Virus record (IMG/VR): IMGVR_UViG_3300021197_001442
Coordinates: 1-64,000 of that record
Source: a virus
Length of the DNA stretch: 64,000 nucleotides
Direction: 5' to 3' (one strand)
The notes under the pieces are model-generated. The model saw only the letters and a list, made by a program, of their open reading frames with translations. It had not been told where the DNA came from and searched no databases. How positions within the stretch are numbered: position 1 is the first letter of the stretch; each line of letters starts with the position of its first letter. Shown piece after piece: positions 55,601-64,000 of the stretch. The translations under genes and the position numbers were made by a program.

Positions 55601-58183
55601 ACCATTATTGGTGCTAGACTGCGCTAGAACACCATTAACAGTGAATTCATTTTTCACAACCCCTAGCTCAGTGTTTACGCCGTACAGTTCCAGTACAACA
55701 TTGGACTCTCCACTTGTCCCAGATGAGCCAGAAATTTTATTAGCCTGGTCCTTTTTACTTAGATATGTGCGAACTGCAAAATTCCACTTTGCATCATCAT
55801 ATACATTTTGGTATACACTACTTGTTAAGAAGACGCTCTTGTCAGGATTTTCTAAAACAAAGTAAACATCTTTTGAGTTCTTATAAGTTCTAACCGCGTA
55901 TAGCTGCAAACTTCTGTCAGTGGCTGCTGAATAGCCTGCGAAATCTTGCAAATCTAAAGAGGTATTTACCCTATGATATCCAAATACCGAGGAGCTTAAA
56001 AAGTCAGTTGAAAAATAATTTTGCTCGCTTGGCTCAAATTTCCTTGGAAATAAAACCTCTATCTCCGCAGTTGAAGAATTTGAAGAGCAAGAGAGGTATG
56101 TGACATCCAATGTATTCGGATTTGCGCTAGACGTTTGATGTGTAATAGTAGATTCAAATCTAGTAGGGTGGTTGAAGTCAGCAAACTTTCTCTTTGCCAC
56201 AGAACTTCTAAAATTGTCTCGCAACTTGTGTACAACGTTGTTGCCATACAAATTGATTTTTATTAGTTCGTCATCTACACCATAACATCTAATCACATTC
56301 CTAAAAGATTTTTCTGTCCCCTTGGACTTATAGATATAAACAAGGTTATTATAAATATTTTGATATATTAAGTTTTTAATTTCAGATAAATCTTTTTCAT
56401 AAAATTCTGTTTCGCTTTGTCTTCTAAATTGCTCTAAAACGCTTGCATCGACAAATATCTCAGGTGCGAACAGACCATTAGATTCTAGAGATCTATTGGA
56501 AAATGGGCTAGCTTTGTAGCTGGAGCTTGTGTAACTAACATCTTTTAGTCTGTTGACTTCTTTAATTTGAGTGTGTAAAGTATCAAAATAACTTCCCATT
56601 ATCTGGGTAAGGTTTAATATCTCGCCACCCTTCTCCTCTTCCTCTTCAATGATCCATGATGGGAGACTGTAGTATATGGAAGAATTGTTTTGATAGTCGT
56701 ATGAGGAGCCACTAAGAACTAATTCTGCCCTCTTAGCGGACACTAGGGGGTGATCTGCGTAGATGACGGGGTCTTCTACCTCAAAAGGTGCTGCGCTTGC
56801 TGAGACAATCGCTGAGCCTGTGTTTCGAGCACCTGAGCCTGGATAGTTGTTCCATATCCCGTTAGTTATTCTTCCAGAGTAATCAAGAACGGTGGAGTCT
56901 GTCGTTGTGTCACCGACAGTTCCCTCGTTAAATTTAAAGTAAACACCAAGTTCTGTGTTGGCTATGTCTGTGTTTGTGCCGCCGTCAACATGTCTAAAGT
57001 AATTCTTTGCTATCTCTTCGTGGGTTCTGGCTGTCTTCCAATACCTGAACTCGTCCATTGAGCCATAGAATGGGCTATGGCCATTAGTTTGTTGGTTACC
57101 AGGGATTGAAGTGCTTGTACTGCCCGATGGCCCAAACACACCAGCACCGATCCTGGCCTTTAGAGACCCAGTGATTTCGCCAAGAGCAGCAACAGTTGTG
57201 TTGGTTTCAGTTTCGTGTAGATTACCATTAAGATAAAACTTTGCTTCCAACTGCGTAGAGCTAGAAACAAATGATAAGGCAATATGATTCCATGTATCTT
57301 TTAGTGAAGACGTAGTAAAAGTAGAGCCACCAAACCCAACGTCCCACACATTAGATCCAGATGCTAAGTGGACCCTAATCGGGTCTACCCCAGCGCTGTC
57401 GCTACTGGCAGTGGCAAAGATGAGGAGCCTTCCGTACCCAACACTAGAACTAAGAGCACCATTGTGTAAATCAAACAAGACCTGGTTGGCGGGGACCCCG
57501 GTGTGTATGCTTGTCCAACTGCTGTTGAAATTTACCCAAAACTCTGTTGTGACGCCCTTAGATAAATCAAACCTAAGATTAGATTCTCTTGTACCCTGTT
57601 TGCCGAGCGATAAAACGCCCTCTGTGTCGTATATATCCGAGTCGTAAATATTTGAAGCGCTAAACTCTGAGTGTATTGTTTTGCCCACCATGCCGCTGGA
57701 AGCAGTGTGTGGGCCACCAAAAATTTCTATGTACTCTAGAGTTGTTATCCCCCCGGTTGTCCATCCAATCTTTGTTGTAGCAGAGGACTCGTAAAGTGTG
57801 GGGCCAGCACCGGCAATCCCAGTATAATCTGCTGTGATACCAAAATTACCATAGCCAGTTGTGGTTGGGTATTCGTGGTCGTAGATGTAGAGATCTAAAT
57901 AAGATGAGCTATTGTGGAATTCTTGCTTCTCAGCAGCAGAACCATCGTAAGGATATTCATTGGTGATTCTATCAAACGATGTTTCATAGTACTTTTTAGC
58001 AGAACCGTAGCGAACAAAGTTTGATGCACTTGCAAAGTCTACATTTGGGATAAATCTATTTTTGTCGGTTACCTTAGCACGTATATTCTTATACGATTCA
58101 GCGTCTTGACCCAAGGTGTCGGGGTCAACCGAAGAAAGTACCTTGTAGGATTTTCCCTTATCAAAAAGATTCTTACTACTCAT
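49607..58183 (-). CDS. Giant baseplate/structural protein with LamG (concanavalin-like) domains, 2858 aa
   Basis: TTEFW...WNHIALSF...FYLNG...GSMDEFRYWKTART...YFKFNEG...DYSG; second degenerate copy near KWNFAVR. Confidence 0.7.
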   Translation of the reverse strand: MSSKNLFDKGKSYKVLSSVDPDTLGQDAESYKNIRAKVTDKNRFIPNVDFASASNFVRYGSAKKYYETSFDRITNEYPYDGSAAEKQEFHNSSSYLDLYIYDHEYPTTTGYGNFGITADYTGIAGAGPTLYESSATTKIGWTTGGITTLEYIEIFGGPHTASSGMVGKTIHSEFSASNIYDSDIYDTEGVLSLGKQGTRESNLRFDLSKGVTTEFWVNFNSSWTSIHTGVPANQVLFDLHNGALSSSVGYGRLLIFATASSDSAGVDPIRVHLASGSNVWDVGFGGSTFTTSSLKDTWNHIALSFVSSSTQLEAKFYLNGNLHETETNTTVAALGEITGSLKARIGAGVFGPSGSTSTSIPGNQQTNGHSPFYGSMDEFRYWKTARTHEEIAKNYFRHVDGGTNTDIANTELGVYFKFNEGTVGDTTTDSTVLDYSGRITNGIWNNYPGSGARNTGSAIVSASAAPFEVEDPVIYADHPLVSAKRAELVLSGSSYDYQNNSSIYYSLPSWIIEEEEEKGGEILNLTQIMGSYFDTLHTQIKEVNRLKDVSYTSSSYKASPFSNRSLESNGLFAPEIFVDASVLEQFRRQSETEFYEKDLSEIKNLIYQNIYNNLVYIYKSKGTEKSFRNVIRCYGVDDELIKINLYGNNVVHKLRDNFRSSVAKRKFADFNHPTRFESTITHQTSSANPNTLDVTYLSCSSNSSTAEIEVLFPRKFEPSEQNYFSTDFLSSSVFGYHRVNTSLDLQDFAGYSAATDRSLQLYAVRTYKNSKDVYFVLENPDKSVFLTSSVYQNVYDDAKWNFAVRTYLSKKDQANKISGSSGTSGESNVVLELYGVNTELGVVKNEFTVNGVLAQSSTNNGYISNPRRYYIGANRANFTGSTVTKSDVKATSLRHWNTFLENEEVTAHAKNTNSYGLLRPHESAFLYDTDLDDNIVPRKETLALHWNLDDILTSDANGEFLVNDFSSGSIAKRDRYPGDFGHSVGNQYTGRGFFFPASSTDSVSVEYVQTAVQSPPEVITSDDMTKILDFDDETFTRDSRTINHFFAIEKSMYQTISEEMLNMFSTIVGFNNLIGEPVNKYRQEYKDLNKLRSLFFENIENTPDLDKYVDFYRWIDSSLSIILGQLIPASANTSDDIRTMVESHVLERAKYENKFPTVDLKTGRLGTDLALAGGVAGAHEFIPEEIPNYRHIQAPVSNDQADNTIFWSYADATNPVLSSSDAGVNETRAAIIASKRFGRERRKSTPVKITFESNREDKTSRFGTGRRAIHGGVNLPPMTRPGAFMDSYTENYGSQVSTLTRDSDSIRDINDVIHPMHKKYFTYSDSAPPFSEVSPQNYHPVRYLSGGLDTGYNTTFTDFQAVNIHSFESYHLGGEIPMQTPFTEKFVGGFLSRHQSVSDGTDDASTRAESFYAGQVATGIRFQSMNDGLWPRATRPYSVFTRNVKVKRPVNIENLQITTGSETLGNYTKIREVVQVAGKVGGDSQFVANEGVAVTNITSIHVDGIADREILHPSSSNHMMITRFSSPGGPDTSHGSLDVATSQFSVYNALPFRNLLVRAPLRTLLSASTSQFGFRPGVTATSADYSGVANFHKVNRNTLNQIKYSNAFTDDAGTVATASVSDNAFITHPIPQSDLQYAWLTSSYESTPVGGTRASGRTMLGYAPRDFEVSTSAGYTNAIAFNSESHYTSLGEEINISPSRLSLVVRDPVSASAQTLGFPLGAHVGRTDSPYIIVDHNTSQRINDQGTVLEAISPAIFYNRGYVHGYNTWNQIRGYDHPVAQALRESHTISVLVPDRQSYTPEGRVLPAQRYGSFKQFRESPIISKYKPIVQTIGDYDIASSYGNNISYYSSQELNQNYAPVHREQQIYDKVKDLYDDFVGLTYAETIYPAEKNVYDNRIRQREGYTINYWHSNRATRNANRANKVSFAGQSKYSVWALDGFFNATGGGETEDSLNSVIAARFRPADAESGTSTGELQNNTTQGHFSSKTSLTASALYALKHWVATTSSATARSGISITNAGSAAGTGDRIFGFVGVGGGNAKWQAGEMAGRMENGVFVTSSANRQVPAYDSYSDYAEELRVRNKDYSIVPEFRISDHMPYYVSTNSGDFHVKNTASFDIFGATVSSDYPTDSSQEQFYNVYSNSDFLKYFDVVNEEHAGIPLSQSITLTCKALMKFLPYNGFYPAERTLQMATQFSSSYSKFVEYTGADSTLENAKIRPFLETMFAPGVVYNSIKSGIGVPYPVLTASYEVQELGSYYAISSSVNGSKFRMIDFEAAVEPEKYLTEVPLVDMAPHPSASLNITASWNGRGDPLYSMMAHNFFGEVPEFFLPQGNMTTITSLPESDPRFGNAISGSVYNMRVKMYRSMNIARSSSADVVGLELPQDNPLQTDLRETFTMYSRPSAFFHAVTGRNAITAATDHDGTYGQQMLDSYSGYNWVATPPYYHGEAWLDVQFTATETKKYTLAEILGGIDGTLEIRFDRVGSVHNPGNDAGYYADGPAANPTTLRNNILNLQDTIITDGRARIKSVTYDPVTGKALAVSDDPEANHIAHVIQPKWETPMLNFGDSLVNLNNNLTIPTYASESVPRGMWHQFGLPPQSPEQGIFLQVTDIPQDWLDSHPGVGDTFYNNGNVRSLVDLMGFDQTPRRLGEVAVNKTVKEAVIAVPFTGDGLKKQFFEISEENYAAAVNGDLGEGNSIQQMVTKLQNYVLPPKMDFITCSHVKPFAMYVFEFEHNFDKDDLIHIWQNLPPKSVDKIQQKEVSINHRLLTQEILGTDEMPSKLQWMVFKVKQKAVKNYFSKVASKHGDSLDDKRFKFEFEVAGRTKELDYSYNWPYDFFSLVELVKIDASVDLVKDTES

Positions 58184-59742
58184 TTTTCAACCCTGAACTT
58201 AAATACCTCTGGCTGTTCTATCCAGTCACCTATCGAATTATTATAATAAGTAAACTTAACCCCGTACATATAGCCTTCTTGCAGCATCGACATATCAAGA
58301 TCAAAATAATTACCAGACATGTCGTAACTCATTGCTGTGTGTAGGTCGCTTCCTGTTCCATACGGAACAACGTCAAGTTCGTCTATTATTCTGAATATCT
58401 TGTAAGAGCCGCTCTCTATCTCCGTGTTTTCTGCTACCTTGGAGGCTACGTTATAAACTGTTGGGCACCAATCTTTAGACCGCACGAAGACTCTGAACCT
58501 AGCTGATTCGGACGTAGAGTAGACTGGCTTTAAGTTAGTTATATTGGTTACAAACTTGTCGGACGGAGCCACCTCATAAGAACCAACCGTAGACGGTGTT
58601 ATTGAGCCAGTATGGTATTGTATTGATGCCCCGGTAGCGTCAGCAATGGAATCGCTACCACTAAACCACACATCGTAAACTGTTTCTAGTGGAGCTGTGG
58701 CAGCTGTTAGCGCTACACTAGCAGTGTAGATCCCTGTTGACGAGTAGGAGCCCGTCACAACCCTATTGCGGCCTGCATGTGTAACATGGGTGCCATCGAC
58801 TACAAGCTCAAGTGCGCTTCCAGATGGAGCCGAATCGTCTGTCGAGCCAGAGAATAGACTTACATAAATATTGCCCGTGCCGATACCAGGAATATTTCTT
58901 AGCTGTCCCCGGAAGTAGTTGTAAAGATAAATTCTATTTAAGTTCTCGTCCGCTGTTGCAAGAGAACTTGAGTAAATAAAGTTACCTCTATTGTCGAGGT
59001 CTCTTGAATCCCAGCGTGCTTCCAAAACTGGACGCTTAAAGAAAAACTCTGAGCCCCTGGCAAAGAACTTTTTAGTATAATAGGACCTTGACTCAGCTTC
59101 ATGGCTAGAGGAAAGCATCACACCAAAGCCATAGTTACTTTTAACTCCAAGCACATTATTTGTGTCGTTTAGCCATTGTTCAACCAAAGTTGTTACGTCA
59201 ACCTCTAGGTCTTCAGTGCCGCCATCAAAAGCCTGCGTGAATGACGAAGAAAGGTCCGTATCTGGGTTAGCGTAATCACCACCCTGTGTTGTCCAAGCTG
59301 TGGCTGACTTTCTGTTTATCCAGTTAGAACCTATGCCACCAGCTGTTGAATCGGTGTAGCCTTCCATATCTAGACCAAAACCCTCCTCCCATTCGCGAGT
59401 GCCCGTGGATCCCGTAACTGCTTTTATTTCCATGGTGTAACTTTTAGGCAGGGTCTGACCGTGCTTTGCATTGTACATCTTTAAGTAAAAAGACACGCTT
59501 CCACTTGTTGGAATATCCCCTGCTGTCCTGTCAGCTGCAACATCCGTGGTATCAAATTCAATCAAAATTCTAGCTAACTCAGCTGATAGTCCAGAAGATG
59601 AAGAAGCCTGTCCGTAAATTGAAAAAACTTCTAGCACGTCTGACTGGCCCATGTTAGAGCTAGTACCTCTGGTCGTCAAATTAGACTTAAAAGCATTTGT
59701 AATTGTATTGTCTTTTGTTGCAAAGTATCTCTTGATTGCCAT
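58180..59742 (-). CDS. Baseplate protein with DNRLRE-like domain
   Basis: KDNTIT...LARILIEFD...WEEG...W...WTTQGGDY...DVTTLVEQWL...NYGFGV...RPVLE. Confidence 0.6.
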   Translation of the reverse strand: MAIKRYFATKDNTITNAFKSNLTTRGTSSNMGQSDVLEVFSIYGQASSSSGLSAELARILIEFDTTDVAADRTAGDIPTSGSVSFYLKMYNAKHGQTLPKSYTMEIKAVTGSTGTREWEEGFGLDMEGYTDSTAGGIGSNWINRKSATAWTTQGGDYANPDTDLSSSFTQAFDGGTEDLEVDVTTLVEQWLNDTNNVLGVKSNYGFGVMLSSSHEAESRSYYTKKFFARGSEFFFKRPVLEARWDSRDLDNRGNFIYSSSLATADENLNRIYLYNYFRGQLRNIPGIGTGNIYVSLFSGSTDDSAPSGSALELVVDGTHVTHAGRNRVVTGSYSSTGIYTASVALTAATAPLETVYDVWFSGSDSIADATGASIQYHTGSITPSTVGSYEVAPSDKFVTNITNLKPVYSTSESARFRVFVRSKDWCPTVYNVASKVAENTEIESGSYKIFRIIDELDVVPYGTGSDLHTAMSYDMSGNYFDLDMSMLQEGYMYGVKFTYYNNSIGDWIEQPEVFKFRVEK

Positions 59743-61535
59743 TACGAGATTGCTCCTTTGATATCTGTGTCCGGGAACTTAATTTCAGCAATTACATTTT
59801 TTGGGATTGATATATATCTGCCATCGGCTGACATTGCCTCATTTATATTAAATCTTGTTGTTGAATAACGAGCACCTAACTTTCTTGTTATATTGACTCT
59901 CTTCGCATCAACAACTCCCTTGACCTTATTGAGAGCGCTATAAATGTCTGTTATATACAAGGGCTCGCCAATATACGGTGTAATCGCAAGCACATCTCTG
60001 ACAGCTTGGTTGCAATCTGACAGGATTTGGAACTTATTAGACTCTTCGTCTGCTACAACCTCAAACTCAACCCCTATATTTACTACCTTGGCGTCTAGGA
60101 TGTCTATTGTATCACTTATCATCTTACTACGACTAAGCCAAGTTTTGACATTTTCTTTTATCGTAGTATTTGTGGTGGTGAGCTTTCCACGACTGTTCTC
60201 AGAGATTAAATACAAATTAAGGTTTCTTCTAAGAGAATCGGGATCTCTAATTATCTTGCATCTCTTAACAGAGCCGAATTTTTCAGGCATAGAATACACA
60301 AGCGCTTCATAGTCTAGCTGTGTGACTGCTCTGTTCTGTGTTGCAAAAAAGTCTATAGTTCTTCTTTTTATTTCTTCGGAAGTCGGGAGCCTTGTGTCGC
60401 CTACAATAGGTTCCTCGTTGAAAGACTCAAAAGATGATATTACCTCGTTCACTTTAGTGTTTGATAGAGAACCACGGTCAGCAAACTCAACCAATGGATT
60501 GACCACTTTGGTTACAGAACCAGCAGCAGCGTTTACATTGGCTGCGGTGTTTGTTCTATATGTAATAGTCAAAGTTGTGTTAGCTGGCGCTATACCAAAC
60601 TTATCTGTGTTAAGCAGCCTGTACGGATCGAATGACTTATCAGTAATGTGGCTTCTGCCATTAAGTTGTAAAACAACGTTTTTTGGCTCAGCCACCGAAG
60701 GGGTGCGTATCTCTGATGGGCCTCCGTAACCAAACTGTAGAAAAATATTGTTCTTCTCTCTTTCAACAACAAATCTTCTGGGGACTATAAGTGGTCTCAA
60801 CAGCGATGGAACAGTGTCTTTGTTGTCATCTTTATTAACTACCTCTTTATAAACAGTGTTTTGCGAAAGGTGCTCAACTTCTAAATATTCATTACCCTCC
60901 GAATCGGTAACGGACACTACTTCAGAAATGTTGTTGGAGTCTAGTTTGATTTTGCGAAATCTCTCAAATGACCCAATGCTAACGCTTTCAACGCTGAAAA
61001 TACCAGAAACAATCCTGCCATATGACCTGATCGCATAATGTGTTGGTAAGCCAGTTGTAGAGTCTGTTCTAGCGGCAACAATTTCATTTGATGGGTCGTC
61101 AAACCTAACCTCCTCATCTAGCATAAAGGTATTTCCGGAGGTAGAGGATAGCTGAGTGCCCTTCTTGAGCATTGGTAAGTAAGCCGTGTCTGGCCCCAGT
61201 CCTGATGTGGATGCTGGGACTATGACATATATCGCTACCGTGCCAAAAGACGATGGGTTTGCCTTAAATTTGTAACCCATCTGACGCGCTAAGCGAATTA
61301 CATTATCATACTCAATAGCAGAGTCTAGGTAAGACTCATTAACTTGATAGTCTAGGTAAAAAGAAAGTATATCTCCAATGTAAGCCACCGTATCAAGCAT
61401 AAGGGCACCAAACGATGCTTCATTAAAATCCTTGAACGTGTCAGGGTAGTATCTCTTCGCGTGCTCTATTAGATCGTTCTTAATCGAATCGAACTCTCTA
61501 CTCGTATATTTTATTGGAGTTTTCCGTGCTGGCAT
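59742..61535 (-). CDS. Baseplate wedge subunit (gp6 / baseplate J-like)
   Basis: EFDSIKNDLI...DFNEASFG..AYIGDILSFYLDYQVNE...QFGYG...QNRAVTQLDY; ACTATTTA at 61558-61565. Confidence 0.9.
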   Translation of the reverse strand: MPARKTPIKYTSREFDSIKNDLIEHAKRYYPDTFKDFNEASFGALMLDTVAYIGDILSFYLDYQVNESYLDSAIEYDNVIRLARQMGYKFKANPSSFGTVAIYVIVPASTSGLGPDTAYLPMLKKGTQLSSTSGNTFMLDEEVRFDDPSNEIVAARTDSTTGLPTHYAIRSYGRIVSGIFSVESVSIGSFERFRKIKLDSNNISEVVSVTDSEGNEYLEVEHLSQNTVYKEVVNKDDNKDTVPSLLRPLIVPRRFVVEREKNNIFLQFGYGGPSEIRTPSVAEPKNVVLQLNGRSHITDKSFDPYRLLNTDKFGIAPANTTLTITYRTNTAANVNAAAGSVTKVVNPLVEFADRGSLSNTKVNEVISSFESFNEEPIVGDTRLPTSEEIKRRTIDFFATQNRAVTQLDYEALVYSMPEKFGSVKRCKIIRDPDSLRRNLNLYLISENSRGKLTTTNTTIKENVKTWLSRSKMISDTIDILDAKVVNIGVEFEVVADEESNKFQILSDCNQAVRDVLAITPYIGEPLYITDIYSALNKVKGVVDAKRVNITRKLGARYSTTRFNINEAMSADGRYISIPKNVIAEIKFPDTDIKGAIS

Positions 61536-61573
61536 ATCTTTTACTCCTGACTCTTATTAAATAGTGCTGACTT

Positions 61574-61957
61574 TTAATTTATGGGTATTTCAAGAGCATC
61601 AGAGATAGCTAACTTTTTTATTATATAAGATATCCTAACCCCCAGAAAATTATCAGAGATATCTGGGTTTACATCTTGAGTCCCAAATTGTACTTGATCT
61701 ATTTCAATATACGGCAAATACTTTTGGGCTTGTTGCCTGATCCGGGCTTCTATCTGGCCGTATGTCGCTGGGCTATTGTTTTCGAACAAGTAAGACCTTA
61801 TGCCAACCCCGAATTCAGGGTCCATAATCCTTTCGCCTGGGCTTGTCAGCACTAGATTTTTGAAGTTTTGTCTTGCGACTTCCTTTAAAGTTGTGTTGAG
61901 AGCGTAGCCGCTGTCAGCATCAAGCGCTAAAGGTAATTTAGGCGAAAACCCGGACAT
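61574..61957 (-). CDS. Baseplate wedge / sheath initiator (gp25-like)
   Basis: QNFKNLVLTSPGERIMDPEFGVGIRSYLFE motif. Confidence 0.92.
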   Translation of the reverse strand: MSGFSPKLPLALDADSGYALNTTLKEVARQNFKNLVLTSPGERIMDPEFGVGIRSYLFENNSPATYGQIEARIRQQAQKYLPYIEIDQVQFGTQDVNPDISDNFLGVRISYIIKKLAISDALEIPIN

Positions 61958-61959
61958 TG

Positions 61960-64000
61960 CTAATCCTCCTTCTTTTTACAGGGTGGAGGCCGCAGAGAAC
62001 TCCACTGCCACCATTTAATCCCCGGATCGATGTCAGCACTAGGGCCCATATTATTAACGTATACCTCAGACGGACTCATGTAATCTTTATCCCTATAATC
62101 ATAACTAGTATAGCAGGCAGCTTCTAACGTTTGTCGTGCAGCTGTTTTAGTGTTCATGAACGAATTTTTCATTCCTTCGTCCCCTCTCCACGTATTCATG
62201 CCACCAAACCTACCAAAGCCAATCCATCTTCCGCCACCTCGTGCCTGGTCACTGCCACCAAATAACTTAGTCTTGGCAGCCCACCCATCGTCCACTCTAG
62301 CCAATGAGGGCACAAAAGTGTTTGCACAGTATAGTGCCAGCAGGTCCATATATCTAGGCATCGGGAAACAGTGCTGGAATAGCATCTTGTATTCAGGAGT
62401 CTCGACAAGCAAGCAAACCAAGTTTTGCAAATAGTCATTATACAGGCTAGGTGCATAGCCACCAATATCGTCTAGCAATATCTCGGCAGACGCCAACGGT
62501 ATAGCGTTTTTATAATAACTTGAGAAAGCCTTATGTGTATAACCTTCCTCCTCTGTTATATTCTCCGCTGCGTAATCAAACTGGGATTGCACATTAGAGA
62601 TTCTTGTAGCCTCTGGTACAAATACTATTCTAAGACCAAAGTATACTTGATCCTCTTCAGTGATCTCTTTCCCTCCCCAGGCTGTGTCGGCATCAAATAT
62701 GTTGGCTACGAAGCCAAATCTTTTTATTGCAGTAGCAGCTTCTGTGCTTGACCTAGAGACAATATATCTCTCCAACACAAAGGGAGTGTTTGACTCTGCG
62801 ATAGGTGGTGTCTTTAAATCATAGGGGTGCGGGTAGCCACTTGCGCCAGCAACTCTAGATTCATAGTAAGCCGCCTCAGGCACGTCAAACGGGCCTCTCT
62901 CGCCAGCACCTTCTATAGCCCCTCTAAGCAGCAATGGGCTCTGTAGGATTATATCATTAATATCTTTATTTTCGGGAGTTACATAGTCTGAGAATATATT
63001 GGTTGTTCTGTCATACTCATCTCTTACATACCTGCGCAAAATAACTTTACATTTCTCAACTATAGGAGATTCTACTAAGGCTGGCGACCCAGTTGTTGGA
63101 TCGATAGTTGCCGTGCTTTCAAAGATTTTATCCCAATTTTCTTTCCGCTTTTTAGCTATTTTCCTTGCAGCAAACAACGTTGGAGATCTTGAATCAGATG
63201 TTGATTGGTTAATGACAGCATCTGTGCCCTCTTCGGCGGCTAGTTGTATCTGATCGGCTATCTTGACTACATCAATTCCTCCGCCCGTTGAGACGTACTC
63301 CCAGTTATCTTCAATGTATTGGGTTATGTATTCAATCGCCTCTGTCTCTTCTGGTGTTGAGTCAGTGATGATGCCAGCGTTTACCTTTATAGCGTAATTT
63401 TGGACAACCTGCTCCAAGAACAGCCACCAGTAATCTTCATATTTTTCTATGAACCTTTTGCCACGTCCGACATCCTTCATGCCAGATTCCATCTTATCTA
63501 TTATAAAGGCGGACAGCATTTCACCATAATTGTATTCTGATAATGATAAGAACTTCAAGACAGGCAATGCTTTCAGGAGAACCTCTACAACATAAGTCCT
63601 AATTGTGGCGTTAATCGTTCCCTCTATGATCCCAAGTGACGCACGACTCAAGTGCCTATCAAACGGCTCTTCTCTAGCATCGCTCATGCCTTCGACCTTC
63701 AGGCCTGCTCTCGGGTCTTCATTAATCTTAGAAGTCAACTCGGAACAAATATTTGCCAAGGAATTGAATTCTGGGAATGTAATAACTTCAGTGGCTTCCT
63801 CGCAAGGCTTGAACTCTGGTACTATGCCCTCTGCTATCTTCAGGTAACCCTTCGACGCAGGTGGCTTAATATAGAATGGCGGGTTGCCCTCTGAGCCACC
63901 ATATCTAGCTACCGCGCCGGGTATATCGCCGTCAAACTCCTCTCCGGGATCGTGGAAATAAATGATTCTAGGTGGCGCAGAAGTGTTAAAGCCATAATTG
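61960..64000 (-). CDS. Large hypothetical virion protein, 5'-partial
   Basis: The frame of the 599-aa ORF stays open to the window end (NYGFNTSAPPRIIYFHDPG...), so the TTG at 63759 is probably not the true start. Confidence 0.75.
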   Translation of the reverse strand, partial: NYGFNTSAPPRIIYFHDPGEEFDGDIPGAVARYGGSEGNPPFYIKPPASKGYLKIAEGIVPEFKPCEEATEVITFPEFNSLANICSELTSKINEDPRAGLKVEGMSDAREEPFDRHLSRASLGIIEGTINATIRTYVVEVLLKALPVLKFLSLSEYNYGEMLSAFIIDKMESGMKDVGRGKRFIEKYEDYWWLFLEQVVQNYAIKVNAGIITDSTPEETEAIEYITQYIEDNWEYVSTGGGIDVVKIADQIQLAAEEGTDAVINQSTSDSRSPTLFAARKIAKKRKENWDKIFESTATIDPTTGSPALVESPIVEKCKVILRRYVRDEYDRTTNIFSDYVTPENKDINDIILQSPLLLRGAIEGAGERGPFDVPEAAYYESRVAGASGYPHPYDLKTPPIAESNTPFVLERYIVSRSSTEAATAIKRFGFVANIFDADTAWGGKEITEEDQVYFGLRIVFVPEATRISNVQSQFDYAAENITEEEGYTHKAFSSYYKNAIPLASAEILLDDIGGYAPSLYNDYLQNLVCLLVETPEYKMLFQHCFPMPRYMDLLALYCANTFVPSLARVDDGWAAKTKLFGGSDQARGGGRWIGFGRFGGMNTWRGDEGMKNSFMNTKTAARQTLEAACYTSYDYRDKDYMSPSEVYVNNMGPSADIDPGIKWWQWSSLRPPPCKKKED

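Noticed and set aside
1600-63894. The many plus-strand ORFs in the track (e.g. 5763..6455, 15124..15648, 16679..17188, 30425..31027)
   Set aside because: They lie antisense to well-supported minus-strand genes, show no recognisable motifs and look like codon-bias shadows
1-64000. Alternative genetic code (stop-codon reassignment)
   Set aside because: Core genes are full length in the standard code, and TAA, TAG and TGA all end genes at sensible positions

Overview
The window is a 64 kb slice of a large tailed (myovirus, distantly T4-like) bacteriophage genome, read in the standard genetic code. Essentially all real genes are on the minus strand. In transcription order (right to left) it holds: baseplate genes (gp25-like, gp6-like, DNRLRE-like, a 2858-aa LamG protein and several large virion proteins); RuvC; a 958-aa peptidoglycan-binding protein; primase; a PD-(D/E)XK-like protein; a fused Mre11-Rad50 (gp47-gp46); a putative lysis cassette; terminase large subunit; portal; prohead protease; ribosomal protein bS21; scaffold; major capsid protein; neck proteins; sheath; tube; tail chaperone; tape measure; and hub. 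Several things are not shown by the ORF track. (1) A recurrent ACTAHTTA motif precedes virion genes (candidate late promoter). (2) Two near-consensus sigma70 promoters occur, one apparently giving a leaderless primase mRNA. (3) A likely +1/-2 programmed frameshift extends the tail chaperone. (4) There are two candidate structured RNAs: a kissing-loop leader after the capsid gene, and a four-way junction overlapping a 24-aa Cys-Cys peptide ahead of the prohead protease. (5) Shared N- and C-terminal peptide tags suggest a capsid cargo-loading system carrying a nuclease-fold protein and a cell-wall-binding protein. All product calls are from motif recognition by eye; no database searches or folding programs were run.
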